Source: an uncultured Arcticibacterium sp.
GTDB lineage: Bacteria > Bacteroidota > Bacteroidia > Cytophagales > Spirosomataceae
Assembly: GCF_964021845.1 (NCBI RefSeq)
Contig: NZ_CAXHZC010000006.1
Coordinates: forward strand, 9,084 to 73,083
Length of the DNA stretch: 64,000 nt
Direction of reading: 5' to 3'
The notes below the pieces were generated by a model. It was given only the letters and a program-made list of their open reading frames with translations, was not told the DNA's origin and did not search any database. Positions 10,240 through 19,410 of the stretch are shown here, one piece after another (position 1 is the first letter of the stretch; every line of letters begins with the position of its first letter). The position numbers were made by a program, and so were the translations under genes.

Positions 10240-10710
10240 ATGAGAAAAAGAAAACCGCCAAAACGTTACGTATTGCCTGATCCTAAGTTCAGAGACACTA
10301 ACGTTACAAAATTTGTAAATAACTTGATGATTCAAGGTAAAAAAAGCTTGGCGTACAGCATTTTTTACGGAGCATTAGACTTAGTTGAAAAAAGAACTGA
10401 GGAAAATGGCCTTGAAACATGGAAAAAAGCATTGAACAATGTTTCTCCATCTGTTGAAGTAAAAAGCCGTCGTGTAGGTGGTGCTACTTTTCAGGTGCCT
10501 ATCGAGGTTCGTGTAGAAAGACGTCAGTCTTTAGGCATGAAGTGGCTTATTAGCTACGCTCGTAGAAGAGGAGAAAAAACCATTACAGAGCGTTTAGCTG
10601 GTGAGATTATCGCTGCTGCTAAAGGTGAAGGTGCAGCCGTTAAGAAAAAAGACGACACGCACAGAATGGCAGATGCAAACAAAGCATTCTCTCACTTCAG
10701 AATGAGATAA
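10240..10710 (+). CDS. rpsG: 30S ribosomal protein S7
   Basis: 156 aa. S7 pattern [17 protein letters not shown]...QVPIEVR...AFSHFR. Confidence 0.95.
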   Translation: MRKRKPPKRYVLPDPKFRDTNVTKFVNNLMIQGKKSLAYSIFYGALDLVEKRTEENGLETWKKALNNVSPSVEVKSRRVGGATFQVPIEVRVERRQSLGMKWLISYARRRGEKTITERLAGEIIAAAKGEGAAVKKKDDTHRMADANKAFSHFRMR

Positions 10711-10734
10711 TAGCTTTTAGCAAATCTTTATTAA

Positions 10735-10766
10735 AACCTTCTCAAGAAATTGGGAAGGTTTTTTTG
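10735..10766 (+). terminator. rho-independent terminator after rpsG
   Basis: Stem AACCTTCTC/GGGAAGGTT (one G-U pair), 8-nt loop, followed by TTTTT. Confidence 0.6.
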
Positions 10767-10928
10767 TGCGTGAGTGTGTCATTTTACATACTCAACAACA
10801 ACTCTCCAAGGAACGCCACAGAGTCCACACTTGAGACTCTGCTAAAGCGAAAGGCAACGAAATCATACCACGACACGTAATAAAATAAAGAACAATTTTA
10901 TGGTTCAGACACTAAAATCGTATTAGAA

Positions 10929-11711
10929 ATGAAAAAAATGACTTTAAAACTGACCAAGTTAACTGTATTTATTGCATTAGGATTTTTATCTTGCGATAAG
11001 GATGACGACACAGTTACAATAACAGATGAATCTACAAACGGTACACCTTTATCAGCATTTGATGAGTTCAACCCCGATGCAGTAACGTTTTCGTTTAGTG
11101 ACAACGACGTTACCGTCGAATCGACAGGCTTGCCTAACCACACATCTCCGTATTGGCCAGAAACGAATCCCTTATATATTGCACAAACATATGGCGATCA
11201 TCTAACGCCGGGCTTTATAAATGAAGGCAGCTATACTGTCACACTTCCACTTAATCCAGAAAAGGCATCGGCAAGTACAGCTACGGGTTTAGGTGCTATT
11301 GGAATATCGGTCACTGGTGTACCTATTTTTAATGGCCAAGAAGGCCAAAATAGACCTTTTGACTTACCAACAGCTACGGGACTTGATTATGCAGGAGCTC
11401 ACAATGGTCCAGGAGGATACCATTATCACCTCGAAGCTGCTGACGTACCTGAAAACGATAATAAGGTATTGTCCCACGATGACGGGAAGTTGGTTGGTAT
11501 CATGTCTGATGGTTTTTTGTTATATGGTAGAAAAGAAATGGATGGTTCTTATCCTACTGACTTAGACGAATCAGGGGGACATAGTGGCGTCACTCAACAT
11601 AGTGACGGCGTAGAATTCTATCATTATCATGTTATTAATGAGTTTTACATTAACTCTTATATCCTTTTGTTTGGAGCTGACTTACAAGGGACGCCAAATA
11701 AGATTTTTTAA
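10929..11711 (+). CDS. YHYH-domain lipoprotein
   Basis: 260 aa with lipobox LGFLSC. Two HYH motifs, GPGGYHYHLE and VEFYHYHV, typical of the YHYH family. Confidence 0.65.
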   Translation: MKKMTLKLTKLTVFIALGFLSCDKDDDTVTITDESTNGTPLSAFDEFNPDAVTFSFSDNDVTVESTGLPNHTSPYWPETNPLYIAQTYGDHLTPGFINEGSYTVTLPLNPEKASASTATGLGAIGISVTGVPIFNGQEGQNRPFDLPTATGLDYAGAHNGPGGYHYHLEAADVPENDNKVLSHDDGKLVGIMSDGFLLYGRKEMDGSYPTDLDESGGHSGVTQHSDGVEFYHYHVINEFYINSYILLFGADLQGTPNKIF

Positions 11712-11794
11712 TGCAATAAGCTAACCGAAAGGAGCAAGTCGGAATTAACTGTATGTAATATGGAATGCCCCCTTTCTACATCCTTTTCAAAAAA

Positions 11795-12421
11795 ATGAAG
11801 CATATTTTTCAAATTGTATTTCCGTTAAGTGTTTTACTGTTAAGCTGTACAAAAAAGGAAGAGGGAAGAATCGAGGAAATCCCATATTCAACTGATATTG
11901 CATTAGAAATACCAAATATCACCGTTGATAAATCAGTACTGTACTACGATAATAAAACATCACTTTGGACATTAAATGACCAACCATATTCAGGCTATTC
12001 TGTCAGTTTTCACCAAGACAGTACCTTAAAGGGGAAAATAGGCATTGTGAATGGAAAAAGAGAAAATCGAGCCATTCATTGGTATCCTGATGGACATGTT
12101 AGTCATGTTGCAAATTATCGTAACGGAAAACTTCACGGTGAGAAAAAGGTGTGGTCGTCTGAACCAGGTCACGTCTTAATTTCTCACCTTAATTATAGCT
12201 TTGGAAAAGCCCATGGAGAACAAAAGAAATGGTATCCCACGGGAGAACTACACCAAAAAATAAACCTTGACATGGGGCAAGAAAAAGGCATTCAACAAGC
12301 ATTTAGAGAAAATGGCGATTTGTATGCCAACTATGAAGCAAAGAATGGTAGAGAATTTGGTCTAAAAAAAGCTTCGCTTTGTTATGGCTTGAAAGAAGAG
12401 AATATCCAATATCAAAAATAA
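11795..12421 (+). CDS. MORN-variant repeat (YwqK-like) lipoprotein
   Basis: Likely start is MKHIFQ at 11795; the track starts at 11765. Lipobox LLLSC. Repeated NGKxxGxxxxWYPxG units (NGKLHGEKKVW, GKAHGEQKKWYPTGE). Confidence 0.6.
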   Translation: MKHIFQIVFPLSVLLLSCTKKEEGRIEEIPYSTDIALEIPNITVDKSVLYYDNKTSLWTLNDQPYSGYSVSFHQDSTLKGKIGIVNGKRENRAIHWYPDGHVSHVANYRNGKLHGEKKVWSSEPGHVLISHLNYSFGKAHGEQKKWYPTGELHQKINLDMGQEKGIQQAFRENGDLYANYEAKNGREFGLKKASLCYGLKEENIQYQK

Positions 12422-12533
12422 AATGTATACTATCTATAAATCTGGGATATTCAAAAACCATTGATCCAGTACCCCTAAAAGCCTTATCTTCTAAAAATCC
12501 GCTAAGCGTAAGATTCAACAAGATTTACTTAAA

Positions 12534-12973
12534 TCATTTTTTAGTCTTTATGATGATGACTCCATTACTGCCTCTAGTGCCATATAAAGCTGTAGCCGAG
12601 CCGTCTTTGAGCACTGTCAAGTTTGCAATATCTCTAACTTGAACTAAACCTTGTACTTCTCCTAAGCCACCACAAAAAGAACTCCCGAAGCTCCAAACAA
12701 AGTCTTGACCCCTCTAACTGTAACTGTGGCATTATAGCCCGACCCGTTTACATTTAAACCTGGTACCTGTCGAAGATAATTTTCTAGGGTAATATTCTCA
12801 TCATCCATTTTTACCGACTGAGCCGAACTTGAGCTAGAACGTTTGCTCTTCTTAGTAAAGCCATTGTCAACTACACTATTTTTTTCATAGCTAGAATTAC
12901 CACTGGATGACGGTTTGTTTCTGCAAGAACTGAATAGCAAAGCAGAGAGCAATACAATTATTATCTTTTTCAT
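12534..12973 (-). pseudogene. small lipoprotein with a TonB-dependent-receptor plug-like domain, interrupted by an apparent frameshift near 12662-12670
   Basis: ORF 12662..12973 (MKKIIIVLLSALLFSSC...NYLRQVPGLNVNGSG...TVTVRGVKTLFGASGVLFVVA*) stops inside a plug-like motif. A shifted frame continues (S)FCGGLGEVQGLVQVRDIANLTVLKDGSATALYGTRGSNGVIIIKTKK* down to 12534. The junction is at a T5 run. Confidence 0.5.
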
Positions 12974-13245
12974 TTTTCTGAAATTAGATTTTTAAGATAA
13001 TACTTTTGTTTGACATATCTTAAGCATAATAAGGCAATATACTTTTAAAATACCCCACGCCCTTTGTATTTCATTGCTAAAACAACAGGTTGTCTTTTTT
13101 TATATTTGCCCTTTAGCAAAACAAAACTAGGAGACGTAAAACTAGTAGAAGGAATGGAAAACATGCCTAAGGTATTCCATTTCCGAAAACAGCGTTTTGC
13201 AAAAGTATATTTATAGACTTAAGACTACCCGCTACATAAGCAGCC

Positions 13246-13286
13246 TTATAAAACAAGAAAACCCTCTCCATTGCTGAAGAAGGTTT
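13246..13286 (-). terminator. rho-independent terminator after the 13322..13999 gene
   Basis: Minus-strand stem AAACCTTCT/AGAGGGTTT (one G-U pair), 10-nt loop, then UUCUUGUUUU. Confidence 0.5.
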
Positions 13287-13321
13287 CTAAAAGTCTATAA
13301 AATTTCGAAAGTAATTTACTA

Positions 13322-13999
13322 CTAGCCTGGTAATGGAGCACCTACCGCTACTCCACAATCATGACCTGGCTGACCATGTGCAGGATTTACTTTACCTACA
13401 TTAGCAGGCAAGCCGAAATTAGGAGTAGTAGCCGCTGGAGCTGAAATACTTGCAGGAGCTGCAGCTTTGGCCGCACCCTTTGCAGGTAATGGTGCACCTA
13501 CTGCTACTGCACAATCATGCCCTGGCTGACCATGAGCAGGATTTATATTTTTCAAATTCACATTTAAGTTTGGCGTACTTGCCACAGTTGGTTGTGCTGC
13601 CGTTAAAGCTGCAGGAACCGGAGCAGACTGAGCTACTGGCCCTGATGGCAATGGAGCACCTACCGCTACATCACAATTATGACCTGGCATACCATGAGCA
13701 GGATTTAAACCTGAACCAGAAGCACTAAAGTTAGCTGGTGCACCTAGGTTCATTAATTTACCAAGTTTAGTAGGCGGATGAACCACCGTTCCTGAAGATT
13801 GAGTACTTATTTGAGAAACACTCGCCTCTGGGCTTGTGTTAGCAGTAGCTGCCGCGGGAGCTTCTAATACACTGCTTGCTGCAGTTGCTGATGTACCACT
13901 CTGAGTCATTGCTGATTCACTTCCACTGTCAGAGTTACAGGCAAACATCCCTAAGGATATAAAAGCTGCTATAAAAAAAGTACTTTTTTGAATTGTCAT
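13322..13999 (-). CDS. Ala/Pro-rich lipoprotein with 3x NPAHGxPGHxCxVAVGAPLP motif
   Basis: Likely start is MTIQKSTFFIAAFISLGMFAC at 13999; the track starts at 14056. The 20-aa motif recurs at about 13646..13705, 13484..13543 and 13325..13387, and the repeats are also visible at nucleotide level. Confidence 0.7.
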   Translation of the reverse strand: MTIQKSTFFIAAFISLGMFACNSDSGSESAMTQSGTSATAASSVLEAPAAATANTSPEASVSQISTQSSGTVVHPPTKLGKLMNLGAPANFSASGSGLNPAHGMPGHNCDVAVGAPLPSGPVAQSAPVPAALTAAQPTVASTPNLNVNLKNINPAHGQPGHDCAVAVGAPLPAKGAAKAAAPASISAPAATTPNFGLPANVGKVNPAHGQPGHDCGVAVGAPLPG

Positions 14000-14281
14000 A
14001 ATATTAGGAAATTGATTTAAATCCATAAATACAATAATAAAGCCAAGTATCCACACTTAAAACTTTAAGTGGCACTAAATCGAGTAAAATACTCATTTCG
14101 TGGACGTTTGACCTATAAATTTTTCATTACTTTCCCATATCATCCTCCTCATAGGTTTCAAACCTAGGTGTTATAAACTGATTAAAATGGCTTATTTTAT
14201 TCCATAAAATTGGTTTTTAATTTTAGCTTAAACCGTACAAAAACCTCATTTTTGCAAACTAAAAGCATCCCAAAAGATAGC

Positions 14282-15076
14282 ATGACCATTCTTGATACCA
14301 TAGTAGCACAAAAGAGAATTGAAATAGAAAACGCCCAGAAGACGGTCTCGATAGCAAACCTTCAGGCAGCAGAGCATTTCAAAAGGAAAAGTTTGTCATT
14401 AAAGGCTTCTTTGACTAAAACTGGTTCTTCTGGAATTATAGCAGAATTCAAAAGGAAATCGCCCTCAAAAGGATTCATTAAAGCTGATGCTGATGTGGCT
14501 GAAATTACCTCAGGTTATTCTAATGCAGGTGCTGCTGGCATGAGTGTCTTGACAGATACTAAGTTTTTTGGTGGCAGCAAAGAAGATTTGCTAAAAGCAA
14601 GAGCCGCTAACCCAAACACTCCAATTTTACGAAAAGACTTTATGGTAGACAACTACCAAATATATGAGGCCAAAGCCTGGGGAGCTGATGTAATTTTACT
14701 AATAGCGGCCTGTCTTGATAGCCAGCAAATTGACACCTTAAGTACCAAAGCTCACGAGCTAGGATTAGAGGTTTTATTAGAAATCCATAATGAAGAAGAA
14801 CTTGATAAGAGTCCTTTAAAGCATATCGACGTGATTGGCGTAAATAATAGAAATTTAAAAAATTTCGCCGAAAGCAATGTAAACGCCTCATTGGAGCTTA
14901 TAAAGATTATACCAGCAGAGATGGTTAAAATATCAGAAAGCTGTATTAGCCAAACTAGCACCATCAAGCAATTGAAGAATGTAGGCTACCAAGGCTTTTT
15001 GATTGGTGAAAATTTTATGAAAACAGAGAACCCAGGAGCCGCACTTGATAGTTTTATAAAAGAAATAGAAGCCTAA
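14282..15076 (+). CDS. trpC: indole-3-glycerol-phosphate synthase
   Basis: Conserved N-terminus MTILDTIVAQKR at ATG 14282; the track starts at 14210. IIAEFKRKSPSKG and ILRKDF motifs. Confidence 0.9.
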   Translation: MTILDTIVAQKRIEIENAQKTVSIANLQAAEHFKRKSLSLKASLTKTGSSGIIAEFKRKSPSKGFIKADADVAEITSGYSNAGAAGMSVLTDTKFFGGSKEDLLKARAANPNTPILRKDFMVDNYQIYEAKAWGADVILLIAACLDSQQIDTLSTKAHELGLEVLLEIHNEEELDKSPLKHIDVIGVNNRNLKNFAESNVNASLELIKIIPAEMVKISESCISQTSTIKQLKNVGYQGFLIGENFMKTENPGAALDSFIKEIEA

Positions 15077-15720
15077 TGAATTTAAAACTTAAAGTCTGTG
15101 GCATGAGAGATAATCAAAACATCAAAGATGTTTTGACCGTCAATCCAGACTACATGGGTTTTATATTCTTTGAAAAATCGCCTCGAAATTTAGATATCGA
15201 CTGGAATCCAGAAATACTTCAAAGCTTCCCTGAAACAACTAAGAAAGTGGGCGTTTTTGTGAATGAAGCCTTAGAGATTGTCATAGAAAAAGTTAAAAAG
15301 TATCAACTAGACCTAGTTCAGCTACACGGTAGCGAGTCCACCAATTATTGTCAAAAGCTTGAAACGCTAAAGATTCCTGTGATGAAGGCTTTTTCTGTGG
15401 ATGAGGGTTTTGACTTTGAAAGCGTAATACCTTACCAAAAAGCATGTACTCAATTTCTTTTTGACACTAAGGCTAAAGGCGGATATGGTGGCCATGGGAA
15501 AACTTTTGATTGGACTTTGTTAGACCAATACACCTTAAATACGCCATTCTTATTGGCCGGAGGGATAGACCTCAGTAATATTGAGGAGTTAATAAACATT
15601 AATAATCCTGCCTTATTGGGAATTGATGTGAACAGCAAGTTTGAAATTGAACCTGCTTTAAAAGACATAGAAAAATTGCGTAAGCTGAGAGAAGCCCTAG
15701 ATAGATTGAACAAGAACTAA
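15076..15720 (+). CDS. trpF: phosphoribosylanthranilate isomerase
   Basis: 214 aa. LKVCGM, DYMGFIF, VQLHG motifs. TAATG overlap with trpC. Confidence 0.9.
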   Translation: MNLKLKVCGMRDNQNIKDVLTVNPDYMGFIFFEKSPRNLDIDWNPEILQSFPETTKKVGVFVNEALEIVIEKVKKYQLDLVQLHGSESTNYCQKLETLKIPVMKAFSVDEGFDFESVIPYQKACTQFLFDTKAKGGYGGHGKTFDWTLLDQYTLNTPFLLAGGIDLSNIEELININNPALLGIDVNSKFEIEPALKDIEKLRKLREALDRLNKN

Positions 15721-15777
15721 GGGCATTTAAAGATTCTTGGCTAATTTTACCACTCAGATATTGAGAAAAACCTATAC

Positions 15778-16971
15778 ATGTTGCAAATAGAGAATTCAGC
15801 TTTTGCTGTAAACGAAAGAGGATATTATGGAAACTTTGGCGGAGCGTGGATTCCTGAAATGCTTTATCCTAATGTGGAAGAGCTTCGCAAAAACTACCTA
15901 GACATTATTTATAAGGACGAATTTCAAGAGGAATTTAACGACCTTTTAAAGAATTATGTAGGCAGGCCTACCCCCTTATACTTTGCCAACAGGCTCTCGG
16001 AAAAGTATCAAACAAACATATACCTTAAAAGAGAAGACCTTTGCCATACCGGTGCTCACAAAGTTAATAACACCATAGGTCAAATATTACTAGCTAAAAG
16101 GCTTGGTAAAAATAAAATAGTAGCTGAAACTGGTGCAGGACAGCATGGTGTAGCCACGGCCACGGTGTGTGCTTTAATGGGAATAGAGTGCATAGTGTAC
16201 ATGGGAGAGGTGGACATAGAACGCCAAGCTCCAAACGTAGCTAGAATGAAAATGCTTGGTGCGGAAGTCAGGCCTGCCAAAAGCGGCTCTAGAACCTTGA
16301 AAGATGCTACCAACGAAGCCATGCGTCATTGGATTAATAATCCTACGGATACGCATTATATTATTGGCTCGGTGGTAGGTCCTCACCCCTACCCAGATAT
16401 GGTAGCCAGGTTTCAATCCGTTATTTCCGAAGAAATCAAAAAGCAGCTTCTAGAACAAACAGGAAAAGCAAATCCTGAATATTTGGTAGCTTGTGTAGGT
16501 GGTGGTTCAAATGCCGCTGGAACATATTTCCATTACTTAGATGAACCTTCTGTTAAGATTATTGCAGCGGAAGCAGCTGGACATGGTATCACCACAGATA
16601 AGTCTGCAGCTACCACTTTCTTAGGTAAAAAAGGGGTATTGCATGGCAGCAAAAGCCTTTTAATGCAAACGTCAGATGGACAGGTAGTAGAACCACATTC
16701 TATTTCTGCAGGTTTAGATTACCCAGGCATAGGGCCAATGCACGCTCACCTTTGGGAGTCTGGCAGAGCCAAATTCTATGATGCTACTGACGGCGAAGCA
16801 CTGGCTGCTGGTTTTGAACTGACTAAACTGGAAGGTATAATTCCTGCCATAGAATCTTCTCATGCACTAGCTGTTTTAGCAAAACTAAACGCAGGCAAAG
16901 ACGAAACTGTGGTGGTGAGTCTTTCTGGAAGAGGTGACAAAGACTTGAGTACTTACATGAAACACTTATAA
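15778..16971 (+). CDS. trpB: tryptophan synthase beta chain
   Basis: 397 aa. [19 protein letters not shown] (PLP lysine), GGGSNA motifs. Confidence 0.95.
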   Translation: MLQIENSAFAVNERGYYGNFGGAWIPEMLYPNVEELRKNYLDIIYKDEFQEEFNDLLKNYVGRPTPLYFANRLSEKYQTNIYLKREDLCHTGAHKVNNTIGQILLAKRLGKNKIVAETGAGQHGVATATVCALMGIECIVYMGEVDIERQAPNVARMKMLGAEVRPAKSGSRTLKDATNEAMRHWINNPTDTHYIIGSVVGPHPYPDMVARFQSVISEEIKKQLLEQTGKANPEYLVACVGGGSNAAGTYFHYLDEPSVKIIAAEAAGHGITTDKSAATTFLGKKGVLHGSKSLLMQTSDGQVVEPHSISAGLDYPGIGPMHAHLWESGRAKFYDATDGEALAAGFELTKLEGIIPAIESSHALAVLAKLNAGKDETVVVSLSGRGDKDLSTYMKHL

Positions 16972-17010
16972 TCAACCCATTTGGCAGAGCCAAATACAAA
17001 CCCTTTAGCA

Positions 17011-17424
17011 ATGAAAAAAACACTTTTATTTTTATCAATCGCCGTATTAGGAATGGCTTGTCAGCCTGAAACAGAAACAAAAGAAGAAGAAGTAACAGAA
17101 ACCGTTATGACAGAAGAAACAGCAAAACTAAGACATGTAGTCATGTTTAAATTTAAAGATGATGTAGCCAAAGAAGATGTGGATGCAGTGGTAGCTTCTT
17201 TTAAAAATTTACCAAACGAAATTCCCGAAATCAAAGGATTTGAGTGGGGTGTAAATAACAGCCCTGAAGGATTGGATGAAGGATTCACACATATTTTCAC
17301 CCTTACTTTTGACTCAGAAGAAGGAAGAGCCGTTTATTTACCACACCCAGCTCACAAAGCGTTTGGAGAAGGTTTAGGGCCGGTTTTAGACAAAGTGTTG
17401 GTACTAGACTACTGGAAAAAGTAG
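17011..17424 (+). CDS. exported stress-responsive A/B-barrel (Dabb) domain lipoprotein
   Basis: Likely start is MKKTLLFLSIAVLGMAC at 17011; the track starts at 16981. Dabb pattern LRHVVMFKFKDD...GFEWG...THIFTLTF...YLPHPAH...VLDYW. Confidence 0.75.
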   Translation: MKKTLLFLSIAVLGMACQPETETKEEEVTETVMTEETAKLRHVVMFKFKDDVAKEDVDAVVASFKNLPNEIPEIKGFEWGVNNSPEGLDEGFTHIFTLTFDSEEGRAVYLPHPAHKAFGEGLGPVLDKVLVLDYWKK

Positions 17425-17462
17425 AAAAACCATAATCAAACAATTTTTATAAGCTCGTATTG

Positions 17463-18233
17463 ATGAATCGACTGGAGAAACTATTTATTGACAAACCTAA
17501 GGAGGTTTTAAACATCTACTTTACCGCAGGTTTCCCAAATTTAGATAGCACTATTCCGCTGTTAGAAGCAGCTCAAGAAGGTGGTGCTGATTTGGTGGAA
17601 ATAGGTATGCCTTTCTCTGACCCTGTGGTGGATGGTGAAACTATTCAAAAAGCCAACATTAAGGCACTAAATAATGGCATGTCTGTGGCATTGCTTTTTG
17701 AGCACTTAAAGGAAATGCGAAGCAAGGTGAATCTCCCAATCATTTTGATGGGAGATATTAATCCCGTTTTTCAGTTTGGTGTAGCCGAGTTTTGTCAAAA
17801 ATGTGAGGAAGTAGGTGTAGATGGTTTGATATTACCAAACCTACCCATGGCAGAATACTTGGAAGATTTCAAAGCACTTTTTGACAAGCATGGCCTGTTG
17901 AATATTTTCTTGATTACGCCACAAACCTCTGAAGAAAGAATTAGAGAGATTGACGAGTACTCATCTGGTTTTGTCTACATGGTTTCTTCCGCTTCTACCA
18001 CAGGTTCTACTACTGGAATTACGGAAGAAATGAAAGGCTATTTTGACCGTGTCAATAAAATGAACCTAAAGATTCCACGTCTTATAGGCTTTGGAATAAA
18101 GGATAAAGAAACGTTTAAAGAGGCTAGTCAATATGCCAATGGAGCCATTATAGGCAGTGCTTTTATTAGGGCTATTGACTGTGAAAAGCCTACGGAAGGT
18201 GCTAAGGCATTTTTGAACGAAGTTTTAAATTAG
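17463..18233 (+). CDS. trpA: tryptophan synthase alpha chain
   Basis: ATG at 17463; the track uses TTG 17460. YFTAGFP, VEIGMPFSDPVVDG, GFGI motifs. Confidence 0.9.
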   Translation: MNRLEKLFIDKPKEVLNIYFTAGFPNLDSTIPLLEAAQEGGADLVEIGMPFSDPVVDGETIQKANIKALNNGMSVALLFEHLKEMRSKVNLPIILMGDINPVFQFGVAEFCQKCEEVGVDGLILPNLPMAEYLEDFKALFDKHGLLNIFLITPQTSEERIREIDEYSSGFVYMVSSASTTGSTTGITEEMKGYFDRVNKMNLKIPRLIGFGIKDKETFKEASQYANGAIIGSAFIRAIDCEKPTEGAKAFLNEVLN

Positions 18234-18280
18234 AAACAGATTCTAACAAGAATCAACAGAAAATAAAATCATTTAATATT

Positions 18281-19165
18281 ATGACAGCATACGTATTTCC
18301 AGGTCAGGGAGCCCAGTTTAGTGGTATGGGCAAAGAGCTCTACGAAGAGTCTGCCAAGGCCAAAGAGCTTTTTGATAAAGCCAATGAAATTTTAGGTTTT
18401 GAGATTACAAAAATCATGTTTGAAGGTAGTGCCGAAGACCTGAAGGAAACTAAGGTAACGCAACCAGCCGTATACCTTCACTCTGTAATTAAGGCCCTAT
18501 GTGCAGATGAATTTAAGGCAGACATGGTAGCAGGACACTCTTTAGGAGAATTTTCTTCACTGGTAGTGGCGGGGGTCTTGTCTTTTGAAGATGGTTTAAA
18601 GCTAGTAGCCCAACGTGCCGATGCCATGCAAAAGGCTTGTGAAATTAATCCGTCAACCATGGCGGCTGTTTTAAGGCTAGATGACGCCAAAGTAGAGGAA
18701 ATATGTGCAGCTGTGGCTGAAGAGACTGGAGAAGTGGTAGTAGCCGCTAATTATAACTGCCCAGGGCAGCTTGTAATTTCAGGTACTATTAAAGGTATAG
18801 AGATAGCCTGCGAGAGAATGAAAGAGGCGGGAGCCAAAAGAGCTTTGGTTTTACCTGTAGGAGGAGCATTTCACTCACCGCTAATGGAGCCGGCAAGAGA
18901 GCAACTAGCTGCAGCCATAGAAAACACGACGTTTAACGAGCCTACATGCCCGATATATCAAAACGTGACTGCGAAGCCATCAACTGACGTAGCAGCTATA
19001 AAAACAAACCTTATAGCACAGCTTACTGCTCCTGTAAGATGGACACAATCTGTACAAAATATGGTGGCTGATGGTGCTACTAGTTTTGTGGAGTGCGGAC
19101 CAGGAAAAGTACTGCAAGGCTTAGTAAGCAAAATTTCTTCGGAAGTAGAGGCTTCTGGAATTTAG
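18281..19165 (+). CDS. fabD: malonyl-CoA:ACP transacylase
   Basis: 294 aa. FPGQGAQ, active-site GHSLGE, and GAFHSPLM motifs. Confidence 0.95.
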   Translation: MTAYVFPGQGAQFSGMGKELYEESAKAKELFDKANEILGFEITKIMFEGSAEDLKETKVTQPAVYLHSVIKALCADEFKADMVAGHSLGEFSSLVVAGVLSFEDGLKLVAQRADAMQKACEINPSTMAAVLRLDDAKVEEICAAVAEETGEVVVAANYNCPGQLVISGTIKGIEIACERMKEAGAKRALVLPVGGAFHSPLMEPAREQLAAAIENTTFNEPTCPIYQNVTAKPSTDVAAIKTNLIAQLTAPVRWTQSVQNMVADGATSFVECGPGKVLQGLVSKISSEVEASGI

Positions 19166-19271
19166 CCTTTAGTGACTGTATAATAGAGGCTTACCTCCTC
19201 GGAGCCATTTAGACTGAAAAATATTATTATTTTTTTTCAGAGAATGACTTGACAGGAAAGAAATTTGCCCC

Positions 19272-19279
19272 TATTTTTG
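19272..19279 (+). promoter_or_regulatory. candidate promoter of tRNA-Gln (-7 TATTTTTG; -33 TTG at 19249..19251)
   Basis: TAnnTTTG match 18 nt upstream of the tRNA 5' end, with a TTG 20 nt further upstream. Confidence 0.4.
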
Positions 19280-19296
19280 CAGCCTAATTACACGAT

Positions 19297-19367
19297 TGAC
19301 CCGTGGTGTAATGGTAACACAGGGGCTTTTGGTGCCCTTATTGAGGGTTCGAGTCCTTCCGGGTTAA
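19297..19367 (+). tRNA. tRNA-Gln (anticodon UUG)
   Basis: Folded by hand: acceptor TGACCCG/CGGGTTA, D stem GTGT/ACAC, anticodon stem GGGGC/GCCCT with loop TTTTGGT (UUG), T arm GAGGG-TTCGAGT-CCTTC. 71 nt, no encoded CCA. Confidence 0.85.
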
Positions 19368-19370
19368 CAC

Positions 19371-19410
19371 AAATCGCAGCTGATGAAAATCGGTTGCGAT
19401 TTTTTCTTTT
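19371..19410 (+). terminator. hairpin plus T-run after tRNA-Gln
   Basis: AAATCGCA ... TGCGATTT 8-bp stem followed by TTTTCTTTT. Confidence 0.45.

Noticed and set aside
10775-10928. C/A-rich, relatively GC-rich stretch with a 7-bp hairpin (CAGAGTC...GACTCTG, 10819..10841) just after the rpsG terminator; possible sRNA or scar of the fusA rearrangement
   Set aside because: It shows no similarity to the fusA 5' end by eye, has no promoter-plus-terminator pair, and the stem is short. The evidence is insufficient.
12379-12642. 87-aa plus-strand ORF
   Set aside because: The opposite strand encodes a clear plug-domain sequence (…VLKDGSATALYGTRGSNGVIIIKTKK). The plus-strand ORF has no recognisable features.
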